NCBI GenBank assembly: GCA_025558095.1
Contig: JAIVFI010000006.1
Span: forward strand, 682,001-746,000
DNA: 64,000 nt
Reading direction: 5' to 3'
From: Hyaloraphidium curvatum SAG 235-1
Taxonomy: Eukaryota > Fungi > Monoblepharomycota
Shown piece after piece: positions 44,650-57,025 of this stretch (position 1 is its first letter; each line of letters begins with the position of its first letter). The translations under genes were made by a program, and so were the position numbers. The notes beneath the pieces are model-generated. The model ran no database searches. It saw only the letters and a list, made by a program, of their open reading frames with translations, and was not told where the DNA came from.

Positions 44650-47600
44650 TCAGTACACGTCGTCGAGCATCAGCGTCCGATCTTCCGGCCCCGCCAGGCT
44701 CCCGTCCAGCGGCCTGTACTGCGACCTCCCGCCGCCTCCCGCATACCCGCCCGCCCGGCCGTTGCTCGCCTTGAACACGACCCAATCGTACCCGTCCTGC
44801 GCCCGCTCCCAGAGCCACGTCGCACCGATGGCGATGTAGTGCGCGGCCGTGTGGAACGCGGCGATGGAGTAGTCCACCACCGCGTTGAGCCAGGGCGGCA
44901 GGTTCCCGGAGGAGCGCGACCCGGGCATGAGGCCGAAATCGTCGTCGGGGAGCATGATCCGCGAGTGCTGCTTCCGGTAGTAGTCCAGGAAGGCGATCGC
45001 GGAGCCGAAGATGGCGACGAAGAGCACGATGAGGCCGACGACGCCGCCGACGCCCATGCCGCCGCTCGGAGCCACTGCGAATGTCGTCGTCAGACAACCC
45101 AATCCAACCGAGATCGACAGCACGAGCAAACTCACCGCAAGCGACCATCTCGGTCCCCTTGTCCAGCTCCTCGCCGCCCTGGCACGTGCTCTTGACCATC
45201 TTCCGATACCCCGTGGACAGCTGCGCCCGTCCTCCGATGCACTCGAGCTGCGGCCGCGCCGCCCCGCTCACGAGCACGCACCGGCCGTCCGAGTCCCTCC
45301 GGTAGTTGAAGTCGCACTCAAAGTCGGCCCGCGTGCAGGCACAGTTCTTCTGGACGACCTTGGGCGTCTCCTGGAACTTGTCCCCGACGAAGCAGTCGGC
45401 CTCGCGCTTCTTGCGCCAGTACTGGATCTCGTGGCCAAAGTGGCACTCGGTGTGGTTGGCAGCAGTGGGGCTCCACAGCTCAAAGTCGCTCTTGGACGGG
45501 TCCGACTCGTCCAGCTTGCACTTGCGCGACCGCGCGCCCTCGAAGTTGAGGTGGATCGCCGCCTGCTGGCCGTCCCGGGCGGATCCGACATAGCGGCCAA
45601 AGAGGACAAACTGCTGCGAGGTCGAGTCCGGCTCGGTCGCGATGTCCGTGATGCGGATCTTTTCGTTCATGCTGTCGACGATGCGGTATTCGAGCCACGT
45701 CAGGCCCATGGTGAGCGAGTACAGGACCTTGTCGGTCGGCCCCTCGTCGAACACCATGAGCAGGATCGAGCCGTGGTCGCCGTACTCGAACATGAAGGCG
45801 TCCTTGTGCACCTCGATCCAGGTCCGGCCGGCATCGCGCGTAAGGTACGTGTTGCCGTCGGTGTACTTGGTGAGGTACGGGCCGACGTTGCCCACGCCCA
45901 TCATGAGGCCCGGCGCCGAGAGCTGGCTGAACTGCATCCTCGGATCGCGACGCTCGGTGTACGAGTGGATGTTGAGGGAGCAGCCGCCGGCGCAGGAAGA
46001 GTACGGCGTGCCGTCCACGGCGCGCTCGGGCGGCGTCACGGTCGACCAGGTGGAGCCGTCGTCAAAGGTGATGAGGGTCTTCACCTTCTTGTCCGCTCCC
46101 TGCTCAGCCTCCTTGGGGTTCGTGACCTGGTTGACGAGCGCGATGCCCTGGATGCCCTGCATCTTCTCGAAATCGACGTAGCCCAGCGCGTTGCGGTTCG
46201 TGTTGTCCACGGCGACGCTGTAGTAGGTACCGTTCCAGTTTGAAATCATGAGGCTGCCCCACTCGGAACCGCGCTCGGCATGCGAATAGACGTCGAGGAA
46301 GACGCGGCCGGTCGAGCTCTCCAGCACCGTGTAGCCGTGCGAGGGCACGCGGAAGTTGGGCGGGAACTGCGCCCTGGCAAAGTTGGTGCCGTCCACGGAG
46401 ACAAAGAGGTCCAGGTGGCCGGCTCCGGGCTGCATCTCCGCCACGACCATGAAGCTCTCGAACAGCGCAAAGCCGAGCGAGTTGTCGACGACGACCTGCG
46501 AGCCCTCGCCCGTCTCGCCGTTGGCGAAGAAGTTCTCCGTCCGGAGGAGGCGCAGTCGGTTGTCCTTGAGCGCCCCGCGCTGGTTCCCCTTCTTCTCCTG
46601 GTAGGCCTGGCAGAAGAGCACCGTGTCCGTCGGGTGCTGGAACTGGGCGTCCCGGCCCCACGAGCAGGCCTCAACGTAGGTGGTTAGCGACTTCCAGAAC
46701 CGGCCGCCGTCGGTCGAGAAGTACGCCTCGGTGTGGCAGTCCTGCTCCGACAGGGCGTGGCAACCCTTGATGCTGCCCACGAAGATGAGCCACTCGGGGT
46801 GGTCGCGGTGGAACTTGAGGATGGGCGCCTTCAGGATGTTGGGCTCCAGTGGAAGAAGGATCTCCTTGACCGTCTTGCCGGCGTCGGGCGTGTACCACAG
46901 GTATTTGGACTGCGTGATGAAGTACGCCTAGGGAGGAAGGGGCGTTAGACATCGGCAACGGCAAATTCCGAACCCCACCCACATATCGCCTGTCGTACGG
47001 GTTGGGGATGATGTCGATGACCTTGGTGTCCTTCTCCAGACCGTCGCGGTCCTTCTCTCCGCGATGCGACTTGAGCAGATCGTCCCAGTCCTTGCCCTCG
47101 TTGTCCGACTTCCAAATCTTGCCATCCGAATCCCTGGCCAGCACCGTCGTGGTGTCGACGAACCACGTCCAGTCCTCGATCAGCGAGTCGAACGTGGTCA
47201 CGGTCCGCTTGACGGCCACGGAATCCGAAGGGTCGCTGTCCTGCCCGCAGACCTTTTCGACCTTGCCCGAGAGATCGACCCCGCCCTTGCACGTGCTGAG
47301 GGCGTTCTTGCGGTACCCGCTCGGCGCGGTGTACTTCTCGCCGGGCTTGCAATCCTTCGGGGCATCGGGATCCGCGCCGTACAGCGTGCACTTGCCCGTG
47401 TTCTCGTCGCGCCAGTAGGTCACGTCGCTGCGACATCACCCGTGAGGAACTGAAGGGCCAGAAGCACACGGGGCGATCACTAACCACTCGTAGTCGGCTG
47501 CGCTGCATTCGCAGTCCTCCACGATGACACGGCTATCGGTGTAGAGGTCTCCGATGTAGCAGTCGGCGGTGGGCAGGCGCCTCCACCAGTACGTCCTCCG

Positions 47601-50600
47601 TCCGAGCACGCAGTCGGGCTTGTCGTCCGTCCCGGTCAGAACCCACTTCTCAAAGTCGGCGCTGAAGGTGCACTTGCGCGCAAAGGCCTGCGAAAAGTCC
47701 ACCTGCACCAGGACGGTCTCGCGGCTGCGGCCGAACGCGGACTCGGCGTAGCCGACGAGAAGGAAGCGGAGAGAGGTCCCCTTGGGCTCCGTCGTCACCG
47801 TCTTGACGCGGATCTTGCCGTCCTTGGAGAACTTGTACCGGTACCAGTTGGCGCCGTAATCGAGCGTGAAGAGGAGCTCGTCGGTCGCCGATTCGTCGTT
47901 GACCAGGATGATGACCGAGCCGCGGTCGCCAAACTCCCACTGGTGCGGTCCCTTGGCAATCTCGCGCCAGTGCGCGCCCGCATCCGTCGACATGTACGTG
48001 TCGCTCATCGTGTACGGATTCAGGCGATCTCCGACGTTGCCGACGGCGACCATGATCCCCGGCGCCGACTCGGACGAGAAGAGCGAGCCCATGGTGCTTT
48101 CCGGATCGGTATCGGTGATCGAGTGGATGTGAAGCATGCACTGCCGAGGGAAGGACAATCAGCGATGGCTCCGACCTACTCAGTCAGAGCTCCCACCTTC
48201 GACGACGATGGGCACTTGTACGGCTGACCCAGCGAATCCTTCGACGGCGCGATCCATTCGTTCCACGTCGCGCCGTTGTCGAAGCTCACCACGGAGCCGA
48301 CCTGCTTCTTGTCGCCGGTGCTCGCGCCGGTCGGGTTCAGCACCCTGTTGGCGAGGATCACGCCCTCGACTGCCATCGACTTTTCGTAGTCGACGAGGCC
48401 CCGCGAGTTGCGGTTGGTGTTCTTGAGCGCCTGGGTGAAGAAGGTGCCGTTGCTGTTCGAGACAAAAAGGTTGCCCTGTTCCTGGCCGTGCCGCGTGTTG
48501 CCCGCGACGTCGAGGTAGATGGTGCCCGGGTGCGAATCGAGGAGGGTGAAGCCGTTCTTCTCCACGCTCAGGTACGGCGGGAACTGGGCCTCGGCAAAGT
48601 TGAGCCCGTCCACGGAGACCATGAGCTTGAGCTTCGATCCGTCGTCCTGTCACGGGAGGAAATCAGCACCGCCATCGAACGACAAGCAACAGCCAAACCC
48701 ACCAAGGCCACGACCAGGAAGCCGCTCACGACATACCAGTCCGACACCTGCTCGAACAGCACCCGCTTCGTGCCCGCGTTGGCGTACTCTGCGAACTCGA
48801 CCGGGTTCTCCTTGGGCGACACCAGCCCGCTCTCGAGCTGCTCCTGCCCGCCGAACTTGCCGTCCTTGATCTTCCACCCCGAGCAGTAGACCGAGTCCCG
48901 GGTCAGCGCCGAGGCGGTGAAGTTGACGTCCTGCGCCCAGAGGCACTTGCGCACCCAGGTGTCCCACGGGTTGGTCGACCACGTGCGGCCGTGGTCGATG
49001 CTGGTGTAGGCCAGCGTCTTGCAGTCGCGGCCGGGGCACTTGCCCGCCGGCTGCGCGACCAGGACGAGCCAGTCCGGTTCCGTCGGGTGGAAGTCGAACA
49101 CGGGCACCCCGAGGCGGTTCCACTCGAGGCCCGCGGGGAGCTCCATCTTCCTCAGGCTGCCCGCCTTGTCCTTCTCGGTCGCGTAGCCCTCGAGCCGGTC
49201 CTCGGTGTACCATGTCTCGCCCTTGGCGGTCAAAAAGTATGCCCGCTTCTCGGCCACGTCCGACAGGATCACCATCTCGACCTTGCCGAGGTCCGACAGG
49301 ACCCGCGTCCACTTGCCGCCCTCGTCGCCGCTCCACCAGACCTCCCCCGCGAGCGTCCTGAGGACAACCACGGGCGACCGCTTGAAGTAGCTGATGAAGG
49401 TGATGTCCGCCTCGCTCATGGAGGTGATCTGCGTCGAGATCTTGATCGAAGACGGGGCGTCGCCGATGGTGCCGTTGCTCCGAGGTTCCTCGGGGGCGGG
49501 ACCGATCCCACCGCCTCCGCCGGCGCCGCCGTCCGCCCCGCAGACGCGGTCTACGGGGGCATCGAGCACCTGCCCGCCCTCGCACGCGTCCCCCGGCTTC
49601 TTCACATACGCGGACCGCGAGCTGTACTTCTCCCCGTCGCGGCACCCGCGCGGCATGTCGGGGTCGCGGTTGTCGGGCCACGCCTTGAGCGTGCAGTTGA
49701 GCGGGTCCGACGCCGAGCCCGAGTGCTCGAAGTAGAGGTCGCAGGCGTAGTCGGCGGGGGTGCAGGCGCACTTCTTGACCTCGGTGCGGACGTCCTTGCC
49801 GACCTCGCCGACGTAGCACTCTGCATTGGGCTTTCGGCGGTACCAGCCTGTCCCAAAAGAAACGGTCAGCCACGCGCCGCGAGTGCCGATCGGGCATAGA
49901 ACCCACCGAGCTCCTGGCCCAGAATGCAGTCCGACCCCCCAACGTAGTCCCTCGGCTTCCACAGCTCCATGTCCTCCGCGCCGCACTTGCGCCCCCACAC
50001 GCCGCCGAAATCCAGGTGGATGGCGTGCCAATCCACCGGCCCCTCCTTGCCCTGCCCGTCGTGCGCGTACGCGAGGACGAGGAACTGCGCCGAGCTCGAG
50101 TCCGGCATCGTGAGCACCCTCTCCACCGCGAGCTTCTTGCCCGCCGCCGCGCCCTTGACCTCGTGGTCGAACCACGTGCGCCCGTGGTCGGGCGACCACC
50201 GGATCTGCGACTCGCGCGCCATGACGATGAGGGCGCCGATGTCCCCCACGGCGTACTCCCACTCGCCCTTGCCGACCGCCTTCCACGTGGCGCCGCCGTC
50301 CGTGGAGAGGAAGGTGTCGCTCTCGGCCGTGGGGAGCAGCTTCTTCCCGACCGAGCCGACCCCCAAGAGCACGCCGGGGGCGGGTGAGCTGAAGGTGCTC
50401 TCCCCCGAGATGGACGAGTGCAGGTGCAGGTCGCAGGGATCCGCGGCCGTCAGCGAGCACTTGTACGCCTTGCCCTCGTTGTCCGTCGGCGGCCCGCGGA
50501 GGGGGGCCCATGTGAACCCGTCGTCCCAGGACCAACGGGTGACGACGTCCTTGAACCGCGTGGTGCCCTTCTCCACCTCCTCCCAGTTCTGCACCACGTT

Positions 50601-52121
50601 GGCCATCAGGATGCCCTCGTAGATGCCGCCGCCCTTTCCGATGTCGACGCGCTCGAAGTCGACCTTGCCCGTGGTCGCGTCCCGGTTGGTGTGCTCCAGC
50701 GCGGGCACGTAGCGCGACCCCGTGGCGTCCGAGATGAGCAGGGTGCCGGTGAAGGAGGGGTGCGAGCCCGTGGGGTTGCGGACGGTCGAGGAGAGGTCGA
50801 TGAAGAGCGCGTGCGGGGCCGAGGGGAGGATGGTGTAGGCGTTCTCGCGGATGTTGAAACCCACGGGGAAGCGCGCGCGGCGGAAGGTCTGACCGTCGAC
50901 CGAGACGAAGAGCTCGGCGCCGACGGTGGCCGATTGGGCGGCCTGGAATTGGTCGGCCAGGAAAGCGGGAACGGATCAGCCTGCGTCGTCCGCGGAGACG
51001 GTCCGGCAACCCACCACCGCGACGACCATGAACCTCTCGATCACGCCGAGCCCCACGACCGCGCCGTTCACCACCTCCCCGTCGTCCCCGCCGCCGAGCG
51101 TCACGGTGGTCTTGCTGCCCTTGAAGAACTCGCCCGAGTACACGAGCCGGGGCAGCTTCCCGTCCGCGCCGGCCTCGGTGCAGTACACGGCCTTGTCCGG
51201 CGGGTTCGTGAAGGCGGGGTTGCTCCGCGCCCACACGCACGAGGTGGTGTACTCGAGCAGGGGCTCGAAGGAGGGCGAGGTGGAGGTGGAGACGAAGGTG
51301 TCTTCGTGGCACTTTTGCGCCAGGCCCAGGAACACGGGGACGCACTTCTTGCCTGCAAAATGGCGCTCATCTTAGCAGACGTTGTCTAGGTAGCCGACGT
51401 TGTGCCACCCACCCTGAAAGAGGAGGTAGTTGCTGTTTCCCGAGTGGAAGCCGAGCATGTAGCCCGCGGTGTCGAACGCCGGCGCCAGGGGCGTATCGAA
51501 CGTGGTCCACGACAAGCCCTTGTTCCTCGTGATGTAGTGCGTCGTCGAGTCGGTCAGGACAAAGGCCTGTGGGTGAAACGCGTTCAAAATCAAGTCGCGC
51601 GACTCGGCGACCCGCCGCTGAGGCGACACCCACCGTGTCGGGATCGTGCTCGTGCCTCATCAGCACTTTTGCTGCCCCCTTCGGTATGTCTGCGGTCATT
51701 GTCCACGTCTTGCCCTGGTCCGCGGAGCGGTACAGCGCCTCCGCGTCGCCCGAGAGGATGAGGATGACCTGACGACGGGGCAGCCGGGAACGGGGCGCCG
51801 GAATGAGCACATGAAATGCTGCCTGTGCCCCGCAGTTGCGCGCACCTCCGAGTCCTTGAAGTAGACCAGCCTGCGCGGCGCGTGGTCGAAGCGGACGGCG
51901 GTCTCGACGACCTTGGAGGCCATGTCGGCCGGCGGGGCCGCGGCGGCCCCGCTCCACCCGAGCGCAAGCAGCGCCGCCGCGCAGCCGAGCAGGAACGCCG
52001 CCCCGAGGAACCGGCCCCGTGCGGGCGCGCCCCGCGGTGTCGGCGGCGCGCGCGGCCTCTGCCGCCCCTCGGCCGCCCCCCGCGCGCGGCCCGCCGGCGC
52101 GGCGTGCTCCGCTCGCTCCAT
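44650..52121 (-). CDS. VPS10: Vps10/sortilin-type vacuolar sorting receptor with three Vps10 modules
   Basis: N-terminal hydrophobic segment; many Asp-box (SxDxGxTW) repeats; three NRN/NRD..G.VD[FY]E cores and three Cys-rich 10CC regions; TM GVVGLIVLFVAIFGSAIAFL; cytosolic tail ending MLDDVY. Confidence 0.92.
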
Positions 52122-52417
52122 GGAAATGCGGCTCAGGCGGCGGGGACCCCGCGTGCCATACAGCCAACAGCGCGAGCTCAGCGAGGACAGATCGTCCGCA
52201 CCCGTTGCGTTGTCGTCCGCGGATACGGAAAATCGGGCGTTAGAGCCACGATACCCCAAATTCCCGCGCAACCAAAACCGCGCGGTTCCGCGTTTCCAGG
52301 GCGAGCGCGGCGGGGAAAACCCCCGGAAATCCCGCCTCTCGACCTTTGAGCACTTTTGGAACGCGTCCGGGACGCGTGCGGGCCCGACTGAGCGGGATGT
52401 GGCACGACTCGAATTCG

Positions 52418-54494
52418 ATGCAGAACAAGAGGCCTGCCCAATACGGGCCCGCCGCGCCGGCGAAAAAGCGCAGGATCACGCTGATGTTGCTGGACGGGAC
52501 AGAGCACCTCCTGGAGGTGCGGCCGGATGGCTGGATCACCGGTATCGCCGGCCCCGAACCGTCGACGCCCTCCCAAGCGCATTCGGGCTCCGCGGGCAAA
52601 CGGCGGCGGACGGTCATTCCATTGCCGCCCGCGTCGCTCTCCGCCTGCACGAGCTTCGGCTCGCCGGCAATACCGGCGGACCTGCACCGGCGTTCCCTGC
52701 CTACCCCCCTCCCATCCTCATCCGGTCTTTCGACGCACCGCAAGCTCGTCGTCCCGCTCCCCACTCCGACGCCCTATGCGTACCCAACGCCTCCGCTCGA
52801 GATTACCCCGAGTCGTTGCGTTGGGGTGTTCCCGGTTTCGCCGGCCCGCTCGGCTGGTACGGTGGACCTCTGCGGCCACGTGCGGTCCGAGGCGTCGACG
52901 CCGGTCAGGGGCAGGGAATCCATTCCGGCGATTCCTCTGGTGGTTAGCGTGGTGCAGGAGTGTCCGTCTACGGGCGCGACGGACCGGCACGTCGAGTTCC
53001 TGCCGGCGTCGCCGGCCCGCTCGTACGGCACGGTGGACCTCTGCCGCAGCCCCGTGCCGTCGGATGCACCGACGCCGGGCAGGGTCGGGGAACCGGCGCC
53101 GGTCGTCAATCTGGTACCCGGCGTGCGCGAAGATAGGCCGCTGCTGAAGGAGACTGACCGGGTCTGCGAGGCTGAAGGCAGGGAGTCGGACGGGTCGGAC
53201 GCGGAAGACCTCGGGCCGGGTCGAGCTGTCGGGCCGCGGCGCGAGAAAGCACACGAGGCCGGCCAGGTGTCGGAAATGGAAGGCACGGAGACGGACGAAT
53301 CGGACGCGGAAGCCGCTGTTCCGATTGCAGCGAGCGGGCCTGAGCCCGTGGAAGCAGCTCCAGCTTCGGAAGCTGCACCGAGCGGGGACGGAAGCGGCGC
53401 CAAGCCCGCCTCCCGCAAGAAGGTGATCATTGGCAAGCCACATTACTTGCTCGAAGCTGACGCCCCTCCCACAGCGAAACGCCCCGCAGCAGCGCTGTCC
53501 CGTGCAGCCCGTCCAGGAAGCCGAGATCACCGTCTACTCCTGCCCGGCCCCGCCCCCTACGCGAGACCCTTCGGAGCAGCTCCTCGTCGACGACGTCCTC
53601 GCCAGGGTCGGCACGGTGCTCTCCCGGCGCGGCGACATGCGCACTCTGGCAAACCTCGCCTCCGCCTCGCGCGAGATGCACCTGCGCGGCCTGTTTGGCC
53701 TGTACGACCGCGTCGACGTCGCCGACGGGCGCTGCGCGGACGTCGTCTTCGTCTCGAACCTCTTCGGGTCGCTGGCGAGGGCGGTCACCGTGCGGCCGCT
53801 CTTCTGCCACGTCCGGGAGCTCAAGGTGGCAGCGGACCTGCTCCCCCAGGTGGTGGAGACGCGGAACTACCTCGAGGGCCATCTCGCGCTCTGCAGCATG
53901 CTGAAGCGTGCCTTTGCCGAGGCGGAGCAGCAGGTGTTTGCCTCTGCCGAACAGGGAATGGCCGGTGCGCCTTCTGCCTCCAAGGAGGATGCGCTCGATC
54001 GCATGCGGAAGCCGCTGGTCGATCTGGTTGACGTCCTGACGAGGGCGGAGGACCTCGCGACGCCCCTCCTCGCGGTGCTCGAGGTCGACCTTTCCGCCGG
54101 GCCGGCCAAGCGCAGCGGCTCCCTCGACCGGCTTCACCACGCGCTCTCGCAGCTGTCCTGCCTCGACACGGTCAGGACGCTCCGCCTTCTCTCACCGAAC
54201 AAGGACGCGCTCGAAGCCATGCGGCTGCCGCCGAAGCTGGAGCTCCTGCACCTCAAGTCGCCGACCGGCAGCCCGAGCCAGATCGACGGCTTCCGTGCCC
54301 AACTCCTCGCGCGGGAGGGCCTGCGCCTGGTTATCGAGGTGGATCACAAGCCGAGGGGACCCAATCCCGAGCGGGACTTCTGGCGGGGGTGGGGCGGCGC
54401 ACAGTGGAGGCAGCACGGGCCGGGGTGCAAGCGGAGCGGGGGCAAGGATTGCACGGTGTGCGGGAGCGGGAAGGGCAAGGGTAAATGCAAGTAG
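52418..54494 (+). CDS. Disordered N-terminus + F-box-like/LRR protein with Cys-rich tip
   Basis: Intron 53423-53474 joins ORF 52346 to ORF 53430; LLVDDVLARV..RTLANLASASR motif resembles the 17.3 kb gene; ends HGPGC..DCTVCG. Confidence 0.65.
52830..53130 (+). repeat. Intragenic duplicated ~45-codon unit
   Basis: PVSPARSAGTVDLC..STPVRG versus PASPARSYGTVDLC..PTPGRV; DNA tcgccggcccgctcg..acggtggacctctgc occurs twice. Confidence 0.85.
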
Positions 54495-54625
54495 TTGCTA
54501 GTGCATGTAGGTGCGAGGGAGTGATGGGAGATTGTCCGCGGTTTGTCCTGGTTGGCCGCGCCACGTCACGCACCATCTTCGAGCCATTCATTCATTCGGC
54601 AACGCACAGGATCGGTCGCGACGAT

Positions 54626-56372
54626 ATGCCAACCCCAGTCACGGAAAGCGAAACACCTGCTGCTCGGGTGGAAGAAGAGTTGCTGGCTGCGCCTGATGCC
54701 ACGGGCGACTCGGACCGCGACTTTGACGGCTCCCGCTCCCCCGTCTCTATGCCAAGCTGGAAGTCGATTCTCTCCAGGCGAACCTACTGGGGTGCACTCG
54801 TTTTCAACGTGATCATCTTCACCGTCCCGGCTCTGTACGCGGCGCTCTCAAAAGTGAGGGGCCGTCCGGCGAAGCTCCCAGCCAACGTTCACGGGCCGCA
54901 CGCCACGGCAGCTGTGGATAGCAAGCATTGACTCGTCGATGGTCGCCACCACGGACGTGTACACCTACGTCTCGATCGTCGCCGAGGTGATCAACGAGGG
55001 GATCCCGCGGGCTTCGTGGCTCGTCATCGGGGACTCGGCACGGACGTCGCGGGTGGAGCGCATCGGGTACATCCACACCATGCTGGCTTTCCAGATGTGT
55101 CTCGGGCTCGTAATATCTCTCGCGGTTCTCGGATGCGCTCCCCAGATGGCTTCGGTGGGCTCGATCGAGGATCGAGACGGCCGCGCCTGACGCGCATCGC
55201 AGACTTTCGTTCCTGCCGAGACCAGAGCGGCTTCCATCGCCTACGTGCGGATCAGCTCCTTCTCCATCCTGTTCTCGACGGCCAACTACGCCCTCGGACT
55301 CGGCCTCCGGGCCTTCGATCGCCCCGACGTCCCGCTCGTGATCAGCATCTCGACGACGCTGGCCGCCATCGTGCTCGATCTGCTCTTCCTCTCTACCGTG
55401 AGGGTGGTTCCGAACGCCAACGTCAACACGCAGGCAGCGATCCGGCTCGCCTGCGACGGGGCCGGTGCCCTGGCGGGGCTGATCTACTTCTTCGCCACGG
55501 TCCGATCGCGGCTGCGGATCTCGTGGAGGAGCCTCGTGGATCTTGGCAAGCCCGGCCTCGTGTTCTTCGTCGAATCCGCGGTACGGAATGCCCTCTATCT
55601 CACGTGAGCGTCTTTCTGCACGGGAGCGCGGTGATTGGATTGGCATGCGTCGACTGAGGCTCGTTGCCGGCATCGTCTCGCTCGGATCGACCTACGCAAC
55701 GGCTTTTGGCGTCTTCAACACCATGCGTTGGGGCCTGATTATGGTTCCCGCCTTCGCCCTGGAAGCCTCGGCGGCGCCATTCGTCGGACACGCCTGGTCG
55801 GGGTTCCGAGCTGCACATCAATCTTTCCAGAGGCGCCCGTTCCGCGATCTGCTCCCCATCATGCGCCCTGCGCTTGTCTCTTGCGCCCTGGTGCTGGCCG
55901 TTGAACTTGTCATGCTGATCGTTATGGCTGTGGGGGCTGCAGAGCCTTACGCTTTCTACCTGTCCGGAAGCTCCGAGGTCGCCGAACTTGCCGAGACCAT
56001 GTGGAGGACTCTGCATTGGACGTACGTCTTCTTCGTTGTCGGTATGCAGCTCGCCGTCGTCCTGGTTGCCACGTTGCCTCTGTTTTACTTGGTGAGTGCG
56101 GCAGCGTCCAGATGCTCTTCAGCTGATGGGTGCCGCAGGCAAGCTCGCTCGCCGCCAACATCCTTTGGGTGCTGCCTTGGGCCGTTGCGGTCCGGTACAT
56201 GGTGCTAACGCCCGACAACGCTTGGCCGTGGTACGCCATCATCTTCGGGGGAAGCCTGGTCGTCGGCTCGGTCTTCACCGCAGCGGCCGTAGCATCGTGG
56301 GCAGGCTACGTGGCCGGGAGATGGAAAAATGGGAAGCGGGCTGGAAGACAAGCTTGTGGATGCGAACGGTAG
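54626..56372 (+). CDS. MATE-like multi-pass membrane protein (fungal family), multi-exon
   Basis: RRTYWGALVFN, VATTDVYTY..EVINEGIPRA, FVESAVRNALYL, FGVFNTMRWGLIMVP; about 12 TM segments; 4 introns. Confidence 0.75.
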
Positions 56373-57025
56373 TGAAGGGCAGAATTCCACTCGCGTCCTC
56401 CCTGTCGACCCGATCGGTCGAACCAGCGCGGTTGGGCTATGGGCGTCAAGGCGGCAGGCCTGCAGCGGAAGATGGACCACTTTATACTCCGAGCCTAGAT
56501 CATCGCGCTTGCGACGTCGCGGTCGCTGCCCTAGCAGCGGCCCAACCCGACCATCCGGGTCTCCTCGGCGCGAGTGAACCGCGCGAACCCTCGTCGGGCT
56601 CGGGTTAGCAGACAGATCTTTCTTGAACCTCAGCCCGCAAACACTCTCAATGGTGATGGTGACCGTGACCCATCCCCTCATTACCCCGAACAGCGCGACA
56701 ACAATCGTCAAGACCGTCGCCAATACGGTCCTTAGTACCCCGACGATGACCGGCGCGCCCATGAACCGTCCCCGCAACCCGTCGGTTTCCGAGGCGGCAG
56801 AAAGCAAGATTCCCGATCGAAGAGCTGCCACCCCAGCACTTCCCTTCCAGGTGGAAGCGAAAGCAGCAATCGACGTATTTCCCCTGCCGCATCCCGGTGC
56901 AGCTCTGCGATCCGATCCGCCCGCGCGTGGGCCCTGGTCCGCGGCGCGCGATGACAAGCGCGCGGCTGTTTATCTGTCATCCCTGACTAGAGCTGGAAGC
57001 CAGACACTCTGCCACTACGAGCCAG

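Noticed and set aside
56400-57000. ORFs 56205-56957 (-) and 56623-57639 (+) as genes
   Set aside because: No motifs and conflicting overlaps with flanking genes; possibly a remnant but not supportable.
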